From Azolla caroliniana (Eukaryota; Plantae; Polypodiophyta): 64,000 nt of DNA. Within the stretch, counting starts at the first letter, position 1. Every line of letters starts with the position of its first letter. The notes beneath the pieces were generated by a model that was not told the DNA's origin, made no database searches, and worked only from the letters and a program-made list of their open reading frames with translations. The stretch covers positions 9,424,001 through 9,488,000 of the forward strand of contig JBHGNT010000004.1 in assembly GCA_043228905.1 (NCBI GenBank), given 5' to 3'. Of this stretch, positions 48,001-59,165 are shown piece after piece. The position numbers and the translations under genes are program-made.

Positions 48001-49106
48001 AGGCTCCCCGGCAATGGTACCGGAAGTTCGACTCCTTCATGACCGACGAAGGGTACCTCAAAACGCAGTCCGACCACTGCGTGTTTGTGAAGAAGTTCGA
48101 AGGAGGAGACTCCCTAATACTCCTCCTGTACGTGGACGACATGTTGATCGTCGGACGGGACCAGGTCAAGATACGGATGCTGAAGAAGGCTCTTCACCGA
48201 ACCTTCTCAATGAAGGACCTGGGTCCGGCGAGGCAAATACTAGGGATGCACATCATCCGGGACCGGAGCAAGAAGCAGTTGTGGCTGTCACAAGAGAAGT
48301 ACGTGACAAAGGTGCTTCAACGGTTCAACATGTCGGAAGCAAGACCGGTCGGATCAACCCTACCGGCAAACTGCAAGTTGTCCAGCAAGCAAAGTCCCAA
48401 GACAAAGGCTGAAAAGGAGGATATGATGAAAGTGCCGTATGCCTCAGCTGTCGGGAGCTTGATGTACGCCATGGTGTGTACGAGACCGGACATCGGATAT
48501 GCAGTCGGAGTGGTGAGCCGGTACATGAGCAATCCCGGCAAAGAGCATTGGAACGCGGCCAAGTGGATACTCCGATACCTGAAGGGCACGGCAAACGTGT
48601 GCCTCCGATTCGGCTCCGGTAAGCCCGAACTCGAAGGCTTTACTGATTCTGATATGTCGGCTGATGCAGATACCAGCCGGTCCACATCAGGGTATGTGAT
48701 GACGTATGCAGGGGGAGCTGTTTCGTGGCAGTCGAGGCTGCAGAAGACGGTTGCGTTGTCAACCACGGAGGCGGAGTACATGGCGGCTGTTGAAGCCGGC
48801 AAGGAAATAATATGGATGAAGGACTTCATTAGAGAGCTCGGTATCCGGCAAGAGGAGTACCGACTCTACTGCGATAGTCAGAGTGCCATCCACCTTGCGA
48901 AGAACGCGGCCTACCATTCCCGGACGAAACACATCCAGCGTAGATACCACTGGATCCGGGAAAGGATAGAGGACAAGGAGTTCGTGCTGACGAAGATCCA
49001 CACGGACGAGAACGGGTCGGATATGCTGACCAAGGTCCTCACACCCGACAAGCTGGAAGCATGCCGGAAGAGGGTCGGATTGGAGAGACATCCCATGCCG
49101 AAGTGA
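45030..49106 (+). CDS. Copia gag-pol polyprotein (Gag, CCHC, PR, GAG-pre-INT, INT, RT, RNase H), 1358 aa
   Basis: First ATG after the PBS. CFHCGKPGHFRKNC, WVVDSGAS, LWHKRLCH..C..C, HTDVC..DNGGEY..NGLAER, QMDVKTAFLHG, LYVDD, STTEAEY; no internal stops. Confidence 0.97.
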   Translation: MEGGGSGQPTMMVLNAQNYADWKIKMEDLLIVRDLYEPIDRSEIPKGVLESEWKLLNRKAVATIRQYVDVSVLQHVANDTNAYEMWKKLSGLYERKNALNRTSLMRKIVNLKYRDGESMVEHVSTFMGFVNQLAAIKFPLEDAMQAIILMCTLPESWENLVVTLSTSCTEDNLSLQTVKTSILNEEARRRDKEPASDPKMLFTESDRGRQWNRSPQRREKSGTRSQSRGRPTCFHCGKPGHFRKNCRHYRKDNGADDTDSKKSPERNGAYRGATDRRGSDRRGQDRKGTTALAASEEEIMLITEEGELNVAGDETTWVVDSGASFHLTPERRYFSSYTAGEHGCVRMGNEGTCRIAGIGDVWLTTPTGCKMLLKDVRHVPEVRLNLISAGRLDDEGYTGSIRNGVMKFSKGSLIVARARKVNTLYLMNARLCPEELNVAADTAGELWHKRLCHMSEKGMKRLAEDNLIPVKHVHLEKCTDCLAGKQNRTSFHSRPPTRRSAPLELVHTDVCQVETKSHGGAQYFVTFIDDHSRKLWTAPMKTKDQVLSVFKELHARVERESGKKLKAIRADNGGEYRGQFQEYCRSKGIRLEFTVPKTPELNGLAERMNRTIMERVRSMLAHAKLPKGFWAEAMSTATYVINRSPSVPLDGDTPQRVWTGKEVSYRHLKVFGCLAYVHVAKDRRGKLDPKTRPCIFLGYGDDEFGYRVWDPVDKKIFRSRDIIFMENKTLADWESEKKMKSSKSIGEDQLYEEQSRPARDRLALEDPAEDGEETEPAEEDENDTGTGPDPEMDSDEEEESEEPVTEAPERRYPLRERRAPRRFPEPEHVLLTDEGEPESFEEAKHDTQSRRWLSAMQDEMDSLHENHTYELVELPKGKRALRNKWVFKLKPGDAGNPPRYKARIVVKGFQQKKGVDFDEIFAPVVKMTSIRTVLSIAASMDLEVEQMDVKTAFLHGDLEEEIYMQQPEGFEKKGKEHLVCRLKKSLYGLKQAPRQWYRKFDSFMTDEGYLKTQSDHCVFVKKFEGGDSLILLLYVDDMLIVGRDQVKIRMLKKALHRTFSMKDLGPARQILGMHIIRDRSKKQLWLSQEKYVTKVLQRFNMSEARPVGSTLPANCKLSSKQSPKTKAEKEDMMKVPYASAVGSLMYAMVCTRPDIGYAVGVVSRYMSNPGKEHWNAAKWILRYLKGTANVCLRFGSGKPELEGFTDSDMSADADTSRSTSGYVMTYAGGAVSWQSRLQKTVALSTTEAEYMAAVEAGKEIIWMKDFIRELGIRQEEYRLYCDSQSAIHLAKNAAYHSRTKHIQRRYHWIRERIEDKEFVLTKIHTDENGSDMLTKVLTPDKLEACRKRVGLERHPMPK

Positions 49107-49116
49107 AGGGGGAGTT

Positions 49117-49722
49117 TGTTGGGATTACGGTCCCTTCGGATGGGATGGTCGGATATCGGAGATGAATGCCGACAAGCCCGGTTTCGGTTTCGGATCCGGA
49201 TGACGAAGACCCCGGCTTCGGTACCGGATGACGAATGTACCCGGAGAGCAATCCGGATGCAGGGACATATCCGTGAATATGTTCGCTACGAGCCCCCTGA
49301 GGCTATAGTTGTAAATAGCCCAAAGTCATATAAGTATAAATATGACTTAGGGCAAACAGTTTTCCTGTTGCTCATTATTTTTCTGTTTTTCCACTCAAGA
49401 GGAGTGAAGAGGGAGCAGCCGTGAGAGAGAGAGAGAGATAGAGCGCGAGAGAGGAAGAGGTAGACGCCTCTGTGTATTTCCGCCGCCTGTGGCGAGGACA
49501 GCGAGCTCAAGGTCGTCGCCTTGGAGCTCGTCATTGTATATTTCTCTGTGCATAGTTTGGTTCGGAGTCTCGCACTCCCGTGGTTTTTCCCGTATAGGGT
49601 TTTCCACGTTAATCCCTGTGTATCGCGTCTTTCTCTGTATTTCCTATTTTCTGCTACATTGATCCGCGATTAATCGGTTGTGGCCGAGTGGTGAAGGTGA
49701 ATCCAAGCGTTGATTCCCAACA
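49117..49722 (+). repeat. 3' LTR of K
   Basis: Direct repeat of 44395-45000 following the PPT. Confidence 0.98.
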
Positions 49723-51762
49723 CGGTTCGGATACAACAAGTACATGGTGCATCACTATGCGTACATGACATGTGTAGCGGAAGTGCCTGAGCCGGAGAGC
49801 TACGCAAAAGCGGCAAAGAACGCTAATTGGCGTGCCGCCATGGAGGAAGAGATGATTGCACTTGCCGAGAATGAAACTTGGAACCTGGTTGACACCCCCA
49901 AGGGTGTAAATTTGATGGGATGCAGGTGGGTGTACAAGATCAAGTACAACACCGACAGTTTGGTCAACCGATACAAGGCCCGGTTAGTAGCAAAAGGCTA
50001 TGCGCAACAACATGGCATCGATTACGATGAGACGTTGGTGTTGTTCGTGCAGATGACAATCGTCCGTGTTTTGCTAGCAGTAGTTGCGGCGAAGGGCTGG
50101 CACATACATCTAATGGATGTAAAATGAGTTCCTGCAAGGCGAGCTTGAGGAACAAGTGTACGTGGTACAGCCCCCTAGATTTCACTCTGGAACAAACACT
50201 TCGGCGGTATGCCGGTTGAAGAAGTCCCTTTACGGACTAAAGCAAGCCCTGCATGCCTGGAATGTAAACATCACGCAACAATTGTGTCGGATGGGATTTG
50301 CGATGTCCAAATCGGACTCTTCATTGTTTGTCTGGTAAAGTTGACTTGGGCCGGTTAGTATTTTACTTTATGTTGATGACTTGGTCATCGCTGGCGTCGA
50401 CCTAGGTGAAATTGATCGCGTAAAGCTCCAGCTTGTGGCATCATTTGATATGAAGGACCGGGGGGACCTTCATTACTTTCTCGGGATCAAAGTGATCCGA
50501 ACCCCCGAAGACATATTGATCAGCCAACGGCATTACGTGCTGAGTATGCTCTTCAAGTTCAGGATGGTGGCCTGTAAGTCTGTCTCAACTCCTCTGGACA
50601 GAACCGTGAAGCTTCGCCCTGACTCCGTAAAGGTCTGCAACCCGAAAAGGTTCCGACAGATTGTCGGAAGCCTCATATACTTGACTAGCACCCGGCCGGA
50701 CCTCAGTTACCCAGTCGGCTTGATTAGTTGGTTCATGGCACGGCCAACCAAGGAGCACCTCAAGTATGCGCAACGCGTACTCCGGTACGTTAGTGGCACT
50801 AAGGACCGGGGGCTACTATATCGGACCGCTACTACTGTTCAACTAGTCGGCTATATAGATGTCGACTAGGCCGGAAACGTCGGTGATCACCGATCCACAT
50901 ACGGATTCACGTTCTCCCTTGGGAGTGCCGTGATCGCGTGGAGTAGCAAGAAGCAGCTGACAGTTGCATTGTCCAGCATAGAGGCTGAGTATCGAGGAGC
51001 AGTTGTCACAACATGCGAAGCCATATGGCTGAAGTGGTTACTTAAGGATCTACAGGTGGACGTGTCTGATCCGACGACGATCTACTGCGACAACCGCAAC
51101 AACATCCAACTTGCGAAGAACCCCGTCTTCCACGCCCAGACTATGCATGTTGAGGTGCACTACCACTTTGTCCGTGAGCGGTTCTCTCTGGTGAAGTTGA
51201 ACTTCAATATGTTTCGATGGATCGGCAAACCGCTGACATTTTCACCAAGCCCGTTGGTCTGGACAAGTTGCGGCAATTCTTGGGTGCGCTTGAGTTGCGG
51301 CACCTTGATGTGCCGAACTTGAGGGGGAGAAAAGTCCCGCAAGACCAAGGAAAGAACAAGAAAGAAGCAGGAGTGACCGCGACATCAAATCGGATGACGA
51401 ATTCGATTTAGTGTTGACTGAAGAAGCCGAAGGCGGATCCACAGAAGAGTCTGGAAGCGGACGAGAGGGCAGCAGCCGAAAGAAAGAGCCGGAGCCAAAC
51501 AAACATGTGGGAGATGAAGCCAACAAGGCTGAGAAGGCCAAGATTGAGGACGAATTGGAGACAGCCAATTCGGACAAAAGCGGAGACGAATCGAAGGCCA
51601 AGCGGAATAAAGGGCAGTAGAAGAGGCGCCAACATCGTGATAGCAAGGGAGCTGGAAAAGGCCGCACGAGCAAACAAGCCAACCGAAAGGGTCAAGGCGT
51701 AGGGAATTGAACAGGTCGAGGAGTACAAGCGAGGCATGAAGCCAAGAAAAACTGGAGGGAAG

Positions 51763-54700
51763 TGTTGGGGACAAGGTCGTCAGTGCGGAAGAACAAACAA
51801 CATCTGTGATGTTGAAGGACCTATGTATGAGAATGAACAAGATATACACAAATAGAGACAGAGAGAGATAGGCACAAAGAAATGTTTTATTTCTTAATAG
51901 CAACAGTTACAAATGACAACCGACCTTCACTAAAGGTTACAAAGTCACTTTATATAGTGACTATCCTAGGGCAACTGCCCTTTATGCTATTTACAGAAAT
52001 AGCCCAAACTTGGGTTGTCCAAAGGGACAGTGTGAATACGGTCATTATACACTCGTATTCGACACTCCCTCGTAATGGGCGTATACATGGCTTATTTGGA
52101 ATTACAAGTATATACAAAGTATATTGGACAGATCGGTTTTGTTCAAGTCGGCAAGATCTGAAGACAAAAAACTGAACTAGTCGGGTCGGAAGAGCTAAAG
52201 TCGATCCTCAAAGGACCGATGTCGGTTGTCCGAAACCATCCTGTGCTGTGTGTCCGACTTTAACCGAACCGATTTTTCGTTACCCCCATCTGGGGCCGGA
52301 GGGACCGGAAGCGATCCGCCGAAAGACACTTGGGCATTCCATCTACGACATTACCGGTTATGGAAATCTTCTCGAGACCGATTTTCCGTGAAATGACGCA
52401 GTCCCGAACAAAGTGATATCAAACGTCGATATGCTTGGAGAACTGAGTGGTGAACCGGATTTTTTGACAAAGCAACAGCACCCTAACTATCATTGTAGAC
52501 AACTGGAACCGAGTCTAGGTCGACTTGTCGAAACGTGTGCGCCAACCGACCGAGCCATAAAGCTTCTTTTGCCGCGTCGGACGTTTCAACTTCCACAAGA
52601 TTGCTCCATTGTCGAATTTGTAACAATATCCGGTCGTTGATTTCCGACTGTCCACGCAGTCGGCGAAGTCCGAGTCGATGTAACCGACTACGCTTGAGGT
52701 TGAGTTCGGGCCAAAAAGAATATTGTGGTCTTTTGTGCCAGCTACATATTTGAACGCATGCACACTGTCGGAAACTTATGAAAAGAAGGTCGCCGCGATG
52801 AAGATGTATCTAATCCGGTGCCTCTACAACTTGTGGATTAAAGAATGTCGTGGTCTTTTGTGACAGCTAGATATCTGAATGCATGCTTGACTGCGTTCCA
52901 ATACAATCAGCCTAGGTTGTGCATGAATCTGCTGACGACTCCTACGACGTGAGAAATATCAGGCCGTGTCACGACCATCGCGTACATAAAGGAGCCGATT
53001 TCCGGTCCATACGATACGGACTTCATATCTTCCCCCTCCGGACCAGTTGTTAGGTCTCGCTGAGATAACCGAAGGTTAATGGGGAGCGGGGTCGAAGCAG
53101 AGTTGGCCGACTGCATGTTGAAGCGTTCCAAGACACATCTGATGTAGTCGGTTTGAGACAAGAAAAGTTGTCGTTTATCGTGATGCCGACTAATCTTCAT
53201 ACCAAGTATGTGTCTTGCCGAACAGAGCTCCTTCATGGAAAACTTCAACAGCAATTTCCGAACGAGTTCAGTGAGCTCTCTGGCATGTCGGCCGAAGAGT
53301 AGCACGTCTTCCACGTAAATGATGAGGAAGACGGGAGACCCATCTTGAGTTGTTTTGGTGAAGAGACAGTAGTCCTCATCGCTCTTCGAGAAGCCGACCG
53401 ACTGGATGAAGTCATCGAACTTCCTGTACCACTGTCGGGGTGCCTATTTCAGGCCGTATAAAGTCTTCCTGAGTTGGCAGACTAGATGTTCCTGGTCGGA
53501 TGCCACAAACCCTTTCAGCTACTCCATATAGATTTCCTCCTATAGGTCACCGTGGAGGAATGTCGTTTTTACATCTACTTGAATCAACTCCAAGTTGTCG
53601 GTGGCCACGACGTCGAGCATGAAACGAAGGGTTGTTATTTTCACCACTGGTGAAAAGATTTCGTCGAAGTTGACACCATATTCTTGTCTAAATCCCTTCG
53701 CAACTAATCTGGCCTTGTACTTTGGGTTGGTCTAGTCAGACATCTCATTTAGTCGATAGACCCACTTACACGGAAGAGCACGTCGATACTTTGGCAATTC
53801 GACCAGGTCCCAAGTCTTGTTTGCGCGAATGGAGTGCATTTCCGACTCCATCGCCAGATGCCAGGTGGTTGAGTCGTCAGATGCTGATGCTTCTTCGTAA
53901 GACATCAGTTCGCCGGCGTCGGTAAAGAAAATTCCGGGAGAGTACCTTTCTGGAGGTTGCGACAGTCTCTCGGATCTTCGAGGTATGACTGGACTGGTCC
54001 CACGAGGTATAGGTGTCAGATGGTCGGAAGCCGAACCATTCAGTTATGCTCAATCAGTGGATTCAGGATGAGAGGTGTCAATTACCCGTGAAACTGATCT
54101 CGTGTTGTGCGTTGGGCCTTCATGAAGGGTTGGCACTTCGGAAACTATTACCCTTCCGACTTCAATAGGCCTTTCGGCCGTTTTATGCATAGCCGACTCG
54201 TTGAACACGACGTCGTCCAAATTTCAGACAATTTGTCTGCGCTCGGGGTCCCACAGTCGGTATCCGAACTCGCCGTCGAGTCCATATCCAAAGAAAACGC
54301 ATTTCCTTGATCTTGGTTCAAGTTTCCGGCGGTCTTCTTTCGGTATGAAGGCATACGCCTCGCAACCGAAGATCCTCAGCTTGTCATAATTCAGCTTACT
54401 ACCGGTCCATGTTTCCTGAGGTATTTTAAGTCCTAGAGGTCTACTTGGCGACATATTTATTATGTGTACTACTGTAAGTAGAGCCTCCGCCCAGAAGCCA
54501 TCCGACAGTCCGGAGTGTTGGAGCATGGATACTATCCGTTCTTGAATCGTCCGATTCATGCGTTTAGCAATTCCGTTCTGCTCCGAACTATAGGGTGCCG
54601 TATATTCACGTGGTCTTCTGTGATGTTGAAGGACCTGTGTATGAGAATGAACAAGATACACACAGATAGAGGGAGAGAGAGAGAGAGAGAGAGAGATAAG

Positions 54701-54892
54701 CACAAAGAAACGTTTTATTTCTGAATAGCAACAGTTTCAAATGACAACCGACCTTCACTAAAGGTTACAAAGTCACTTGATATAGTGACTATCCTAGGGC
54801 AACTGCCCTTTTTGCTATTTACAGAAATAACCCAAACTTGGGCTATCCAAAGGGACAGTGTGAATACGGACATTGTACACTCGTATTCGACA
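51763..54892 (-). mobile_element. Ty1/Copia element L (family of F), gag and PBS deleted
   Basis: LTR 51763-52064 plus PPT. A partial LTR ~54617-54892 is fused to integrase. INT/RT pieces are similar to F. Flanks GGAAG/CAAAG do not form a clean TSD. Confidence 0.85.
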
Positions 54893-57338
54893 CAAAGGAT
54901 TGGAAGAGCCTCAGGTTGAGCTTGAGGGGGAGTGTTGAAATACAAGCTCAACATTGACCGGATCAGTTGTGCAAGTGGAGAACTGGATCAGTTTGGACCG
55001 ATCGGTTAGGCCGGATCGGTGTGTAAACCCGTTCGTAAATTGGTGTGCAACAAGAAGCCGGATCGGTGCGGAAATCGGGAGGCTGTTGAATAGATATTCT
55101 ACGACGGAATATATTTGGGAGTTAGTGTAGGAGCTCAGTTATGAGCATTGAAGTACGTGTCAATACTTCTGCCAGTCCGTATGGACTTGTATAAAAGTGT
55201 TCTTTGAGCACATCCTATGTACAGAGTTTACACATTATTCGAATTCAGTTTTTCTGTGTGTGTTTTCCTCTCACTCTCTCCCGTGTACATTGTGTCTTAA
55301 GCTCTCCATTAAACCTATTTTTTTCTCTATGGGTATTATGTGTTTTGTATAGCTTCCGCACGTAACATTTCACACTCTACCTCGAGGTCCATGCTTGCCG
55401 CTATGCCCAAAACCGTCCATATGGATGTCATCTTTACTACCAGGGCAAAGATCTCATCGAAGTCTACTCCTTTCTTTTGTTGGAAGCCCTTCACTATGAT
55501 TCGGGCCTTATACCTTGGTGGATTTCTAGCATCTCCCGGTTTCAACTTGTACACCCACTTGTTCCGGAGTGCTCTCTTCCCTTTTAGCAAATCCATCAGT
55601 TCATATGTGTGGTTCTCATGCAGGGAAACCATCTCATCCTGCATGGCACTCAACCACTTGCCACTGTGGGTGTCTCTCTTTGCTTCTTCGAATCTTTCCG
55701 GCTCCCCCTCATGCTCTTTCCGGTTAGCAACACATGCTCTGCATGAGGAATTCTCCGAGGGGCTCTTCTCTCTCGGAGAGGATATCTCCGTCCCTGGTTT
55801 CTAACTATCAATTCCTTCGTTTGTTCCTTATCTGAATCCGATTCAGGATCTTGTCTTGTTACGGTGTGTCCTTCTTCTTCTTCTTCTTCTTCTTCTTCGG
55901 TCAGTTCAGTTTCTTGTCCGTATCTAGACGGTTTGTCGAGTGTCATCCGGTTACCTCTCCGGTTTGCCTCTTCGGTCCGAACCGTTTCGGTTCAAACTCT
56001 TCTTAGAATCGGTAGTGCTGGTTTCTTTCTCTTTCCGGAAATGCTGGAAGTTCTTCTGGAAGTGCCCAGGCTTCCGACAATAGAAGCAAGTAGGCCTCCC
56101 GCTTGACTTCGACCTCGTCCCTGATTTGTCTCAATTTTGGGGACTCCCATACCGGCCTCTTCCCTAGTTGTGGTCATCTTCCGCAACCAAGGCCTTCGGA
56201 TTGGTTCCGGACTCCCGGTCCTTCCAACGAGCTTCTTCATCTTACAAGCTTGACTTGACTCTTGCGAGGGACAACTGTTTTCCTTCCGCCCCGGCGTTGC
56301 CCAATGTGACAACTAACGTCTCCCAGCTATCCGGGAGGGAACCGAGCAAGAGCAATGCGAGTACCTCATCGGTGAGAGGTACTTCCAGCGAGGTTGCTTT
56401 GTGTATTAGCCCTTGGAAGGCATTCATGTGCTCCGCCATACTAGAGTCGTCCTAGTACCGGAGCCTCACTAGCTTCCAGAATACCGAAACCCGATTAACG
56501 GCATTCTTGTTCTGGAACATGATGTCGATCTTCTCCCAGAGTTCATGAGCCTTAGTCTCTTCATTGAAGTTGTTGTGCAGGCTCATGACAATGAAGCACT
56601 GGATGTATGCCGTCATCTTAATGTGCATCATCTCCCACACTTTGGCGTCGATCTTATCCGGTCTCTTATCCCCGAAGTGAACCGGCAACCAAAGATCTTT
56701 AACCACCAGCATATCCCTCATCTTCAACTTCCACACTGAGTAGTTGGAGGGGTGAGCTTGAACATGTTGCTGAACGATTCTTCCATTTCCTGTGTTGTTT
56801 GCTTTGATACCAGATTGAGGGAAATAGCGTGGAATTTTTCTTGGCCACAACCGAGTCTTGAATCACTTGTCGATGAGAATCAAACACAAAAATGGGAAGT
56901 AGGGAGATTGATACGCATACGCACACAAACAACGATAGAGGATACACAAGTTGTTTACGTGGAAAAACCCTAATAGGGAAAAAACCATGGGAGCCCATAG
57001 ACTCCAAATTATCACTATTTGAGAAAGGTACAATCAGAGACTCGGAGGCAACGACCTCGAGCTCTGTTTCTTCATCGAGTGGCGGTTACAACAGAGTATC
57101 GCTCTATATCTCTCTCTATATATATACAACAATTATGCACATACAAGAATAGGACAAAAACCTTACAAAGTGATTGCCCTAAGTCATATTTATACTTATA
57201 TGAACTTAGGGCTATTTAAAAATATAGCCTCAATAGGCTTACTGAAAACATATTTACAAATATGTCTTCTCTTCCGGTTCTCACCGGGTCCATCCGATCC
57301 ATAACCGGATACCATCCGGAGGGACCGATTTCCCAACA

Positions 57339-59165
57339 TGGTACACATCATTAGTGTGCACCACATAAATCGATTTCCCATTACCAAATGACCAATCTTT
57401 CTATGGTTCCTCGACTACCAACTCTGGAATTGGGAAAACTAATATAGGCAATGCCAATATTGATTGCCAAATATACTCATATCAATGTGGTATATGAAAC
57501 TTATTTCTGATTGTCCGAAAGACTATCATTTTCCTACGTGACTCTAGAATACCATTTTCTACAATTACCAAACCTAGCCTTGCCATTCGATTAAGCTATG
57601 AATTTAGACTTTCTTTTCCCTCCCAGTGTAATATCCTTGAAGCTACCAACACCTCGAATGCCAATGAATTTATATCTTTTCTGCACTTAGGAGGCCTCCA
57701 ATTAATCAATTTCAAACACTGCTACCAAGAAAACACCAATTGTTGAACCATACTAGATTCTAAACACTTAAATTGTTGGGTACTATTAACAACATGCCAC
57801 CACGAAGCTGTAATTCTCGTTTTCCCATGGTAAATACCAACCTTTTCCACAAAATAAGTAATTATTTCTGCCCAAGGTTGGGTACCTAAGCACATACCTT
57901 TCAAAAGATTGAATCTTTGAGCCACCATATGATCTTCTAAATTGAGTAAAGCAGCACCCCCTAACTGTTTTTGAGTACAAATATTGTTCCATGATACCCA
58001 AATCCTACCAAGGTTTGTGTCTTTCTTCCATAGTGTATATTTAAGTGAACGAGCTAAATGATCAAAAGACATAGGAGATGCAACTTTTGGTATAAGTTTA
58101 ACCAAACCAACTTTTCATGAATCGGGCATTTTACCAAAACTCCACATTTCTTGGAATATCAGTGTTATAGGGGCTTTGAGTTCTTATAAAAAGGCTTTAA
58201 AAAACTCGTTTGTAATGCCATCCCAACCCGGGCTTTTATCAATTGCAAGATGTGATAATACATATTCCACCTCCTCCTCCTTTATATCCTCCTCCAATGC
58301 GATCATGTCATGTTGTCCATCACTCACCTTGACTGAGTTAAATAGCATCGATTGCGTTTGTGTTATGTCATCATTCATAATACAGTCTTGCCCAAAAAGA
58401 TTTGTGCAGTATTTAACACAATTATCAATAATCCCTTGTGGGTTTGTATTCAAAGTTCCATCAATCTCTACACTTACCACATTCATTCTAGCATGAGATG
58501 CCTGCAACCCATGGTAAAACTTATGTGAATTACAGTTGTGATCATGTACTTCATTTTTCAAGCATGCTATGGGACTTGTCTTATAAACTCTCCCACCAAT
58601 TGTCCCGTAGCATGCTTAGATTTATCATGTCCAAGAAAAGATGAATTAAATCTCAATGGTTGTCTCCCCAATAAAGATCTAAAACCATCCACAGTTTGAT
58701 GTGTGCATTCCAAAACAACTAGGAAATGATTTGATGATCCAATCCCCCTAACCACTTGCATAGTCAAAAACTCTAGCAAGAATGTATCATCATGCATAAT
58801 ATAAATGTGATCCAGTCTACTCCAAGTTTATCTATATTGTGCCGATTGAAAGGTATAACCAACACCATTTCCATTGATCCAAGTCCATGCATCATACCTT
58901 ACGACATCCATCATAAGCAAATCCCATACCTCTCTCAGTCAAGAGCATCCATCAAGCCATGCATCGAAGTAGATTGGCGCATCTCAAAACACATATTAAA
59001 ATCCCCTAACAAAAAACCGGATCTCCGATGAAGCAAAACTTGATTTAAGCATCTCCAAAGTTCCGTACAATGTCTTGCAACATTCGATCCATAAATACCA
59101 ACCACCCAAATTTGTTACCCTTCATAATTAACTTCAATCACCAAAAACCGACCATGTACATCACT
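57339..59165 (-). pseudogene. L1 LINE ORF2 remnant (endonuclease and RT pieces)
   Basis: WSVFGD, SRLDH..., GSSNHFLV, DKSPGWDGITNEFFKAF, VKLIPK and VSWNNICTQKQLGG; continues at 32300-32908. Confidence 0.85.

Larger units (their letters stand above)
44395..49722 (+). mobile_element. Intact, very young Ty1/Copia element K (Tork/Tnt1-like)
   Basis: TSD CGGTT at 44390-44394 and 49723-49727; 606-bp LTRs; PBS tggtatcagagc 45004-45015; PPT gaagggggagtt 49105-49116; single intact ORF. Confidence 0.98.
34573..55374 (+). mobile_element. Ty1/Copia element J (Ale-like, related to A), host of G, K and L
   Basis: TSD CTCTA at 34568-34572 and 55375-55379. LTRs 34573-34951 and 54933-55374. PBS tagtatcagagc 34952-34963, PPT 54921-54932. 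Gag-PR-INT 41792-44394, RT-RH 49723-51320. Confidence 0.92.
32909..57338 (-). mobile_element. Ty1/Copia element I (Tork/Tnt1-like), degenerate, host of J and inserted in the LINE
   Basis: LTRs 32909-~33425 (inner tip and PPT deleted) and 56816-57338. PBS 56801-56812. Flanks TGGTG/TGGTA (TSD with 1 mismatch). RT/RH 33426-34572 and gag/RT pieces 55375-56790 are closely related to intact K. Confidence 0.9.

Noticed and set aside
46217-49096. Numerous antisense and alternate-frame ORFs over K and other pol regions
   Set aside because: Shadow ORFs of GC-rich coding sequence with no recognisable motifs.
51758-54897. TSD for element L
   Set aside because: Flanks GGAAG and CAAAG match at only 3 of 5 positions.
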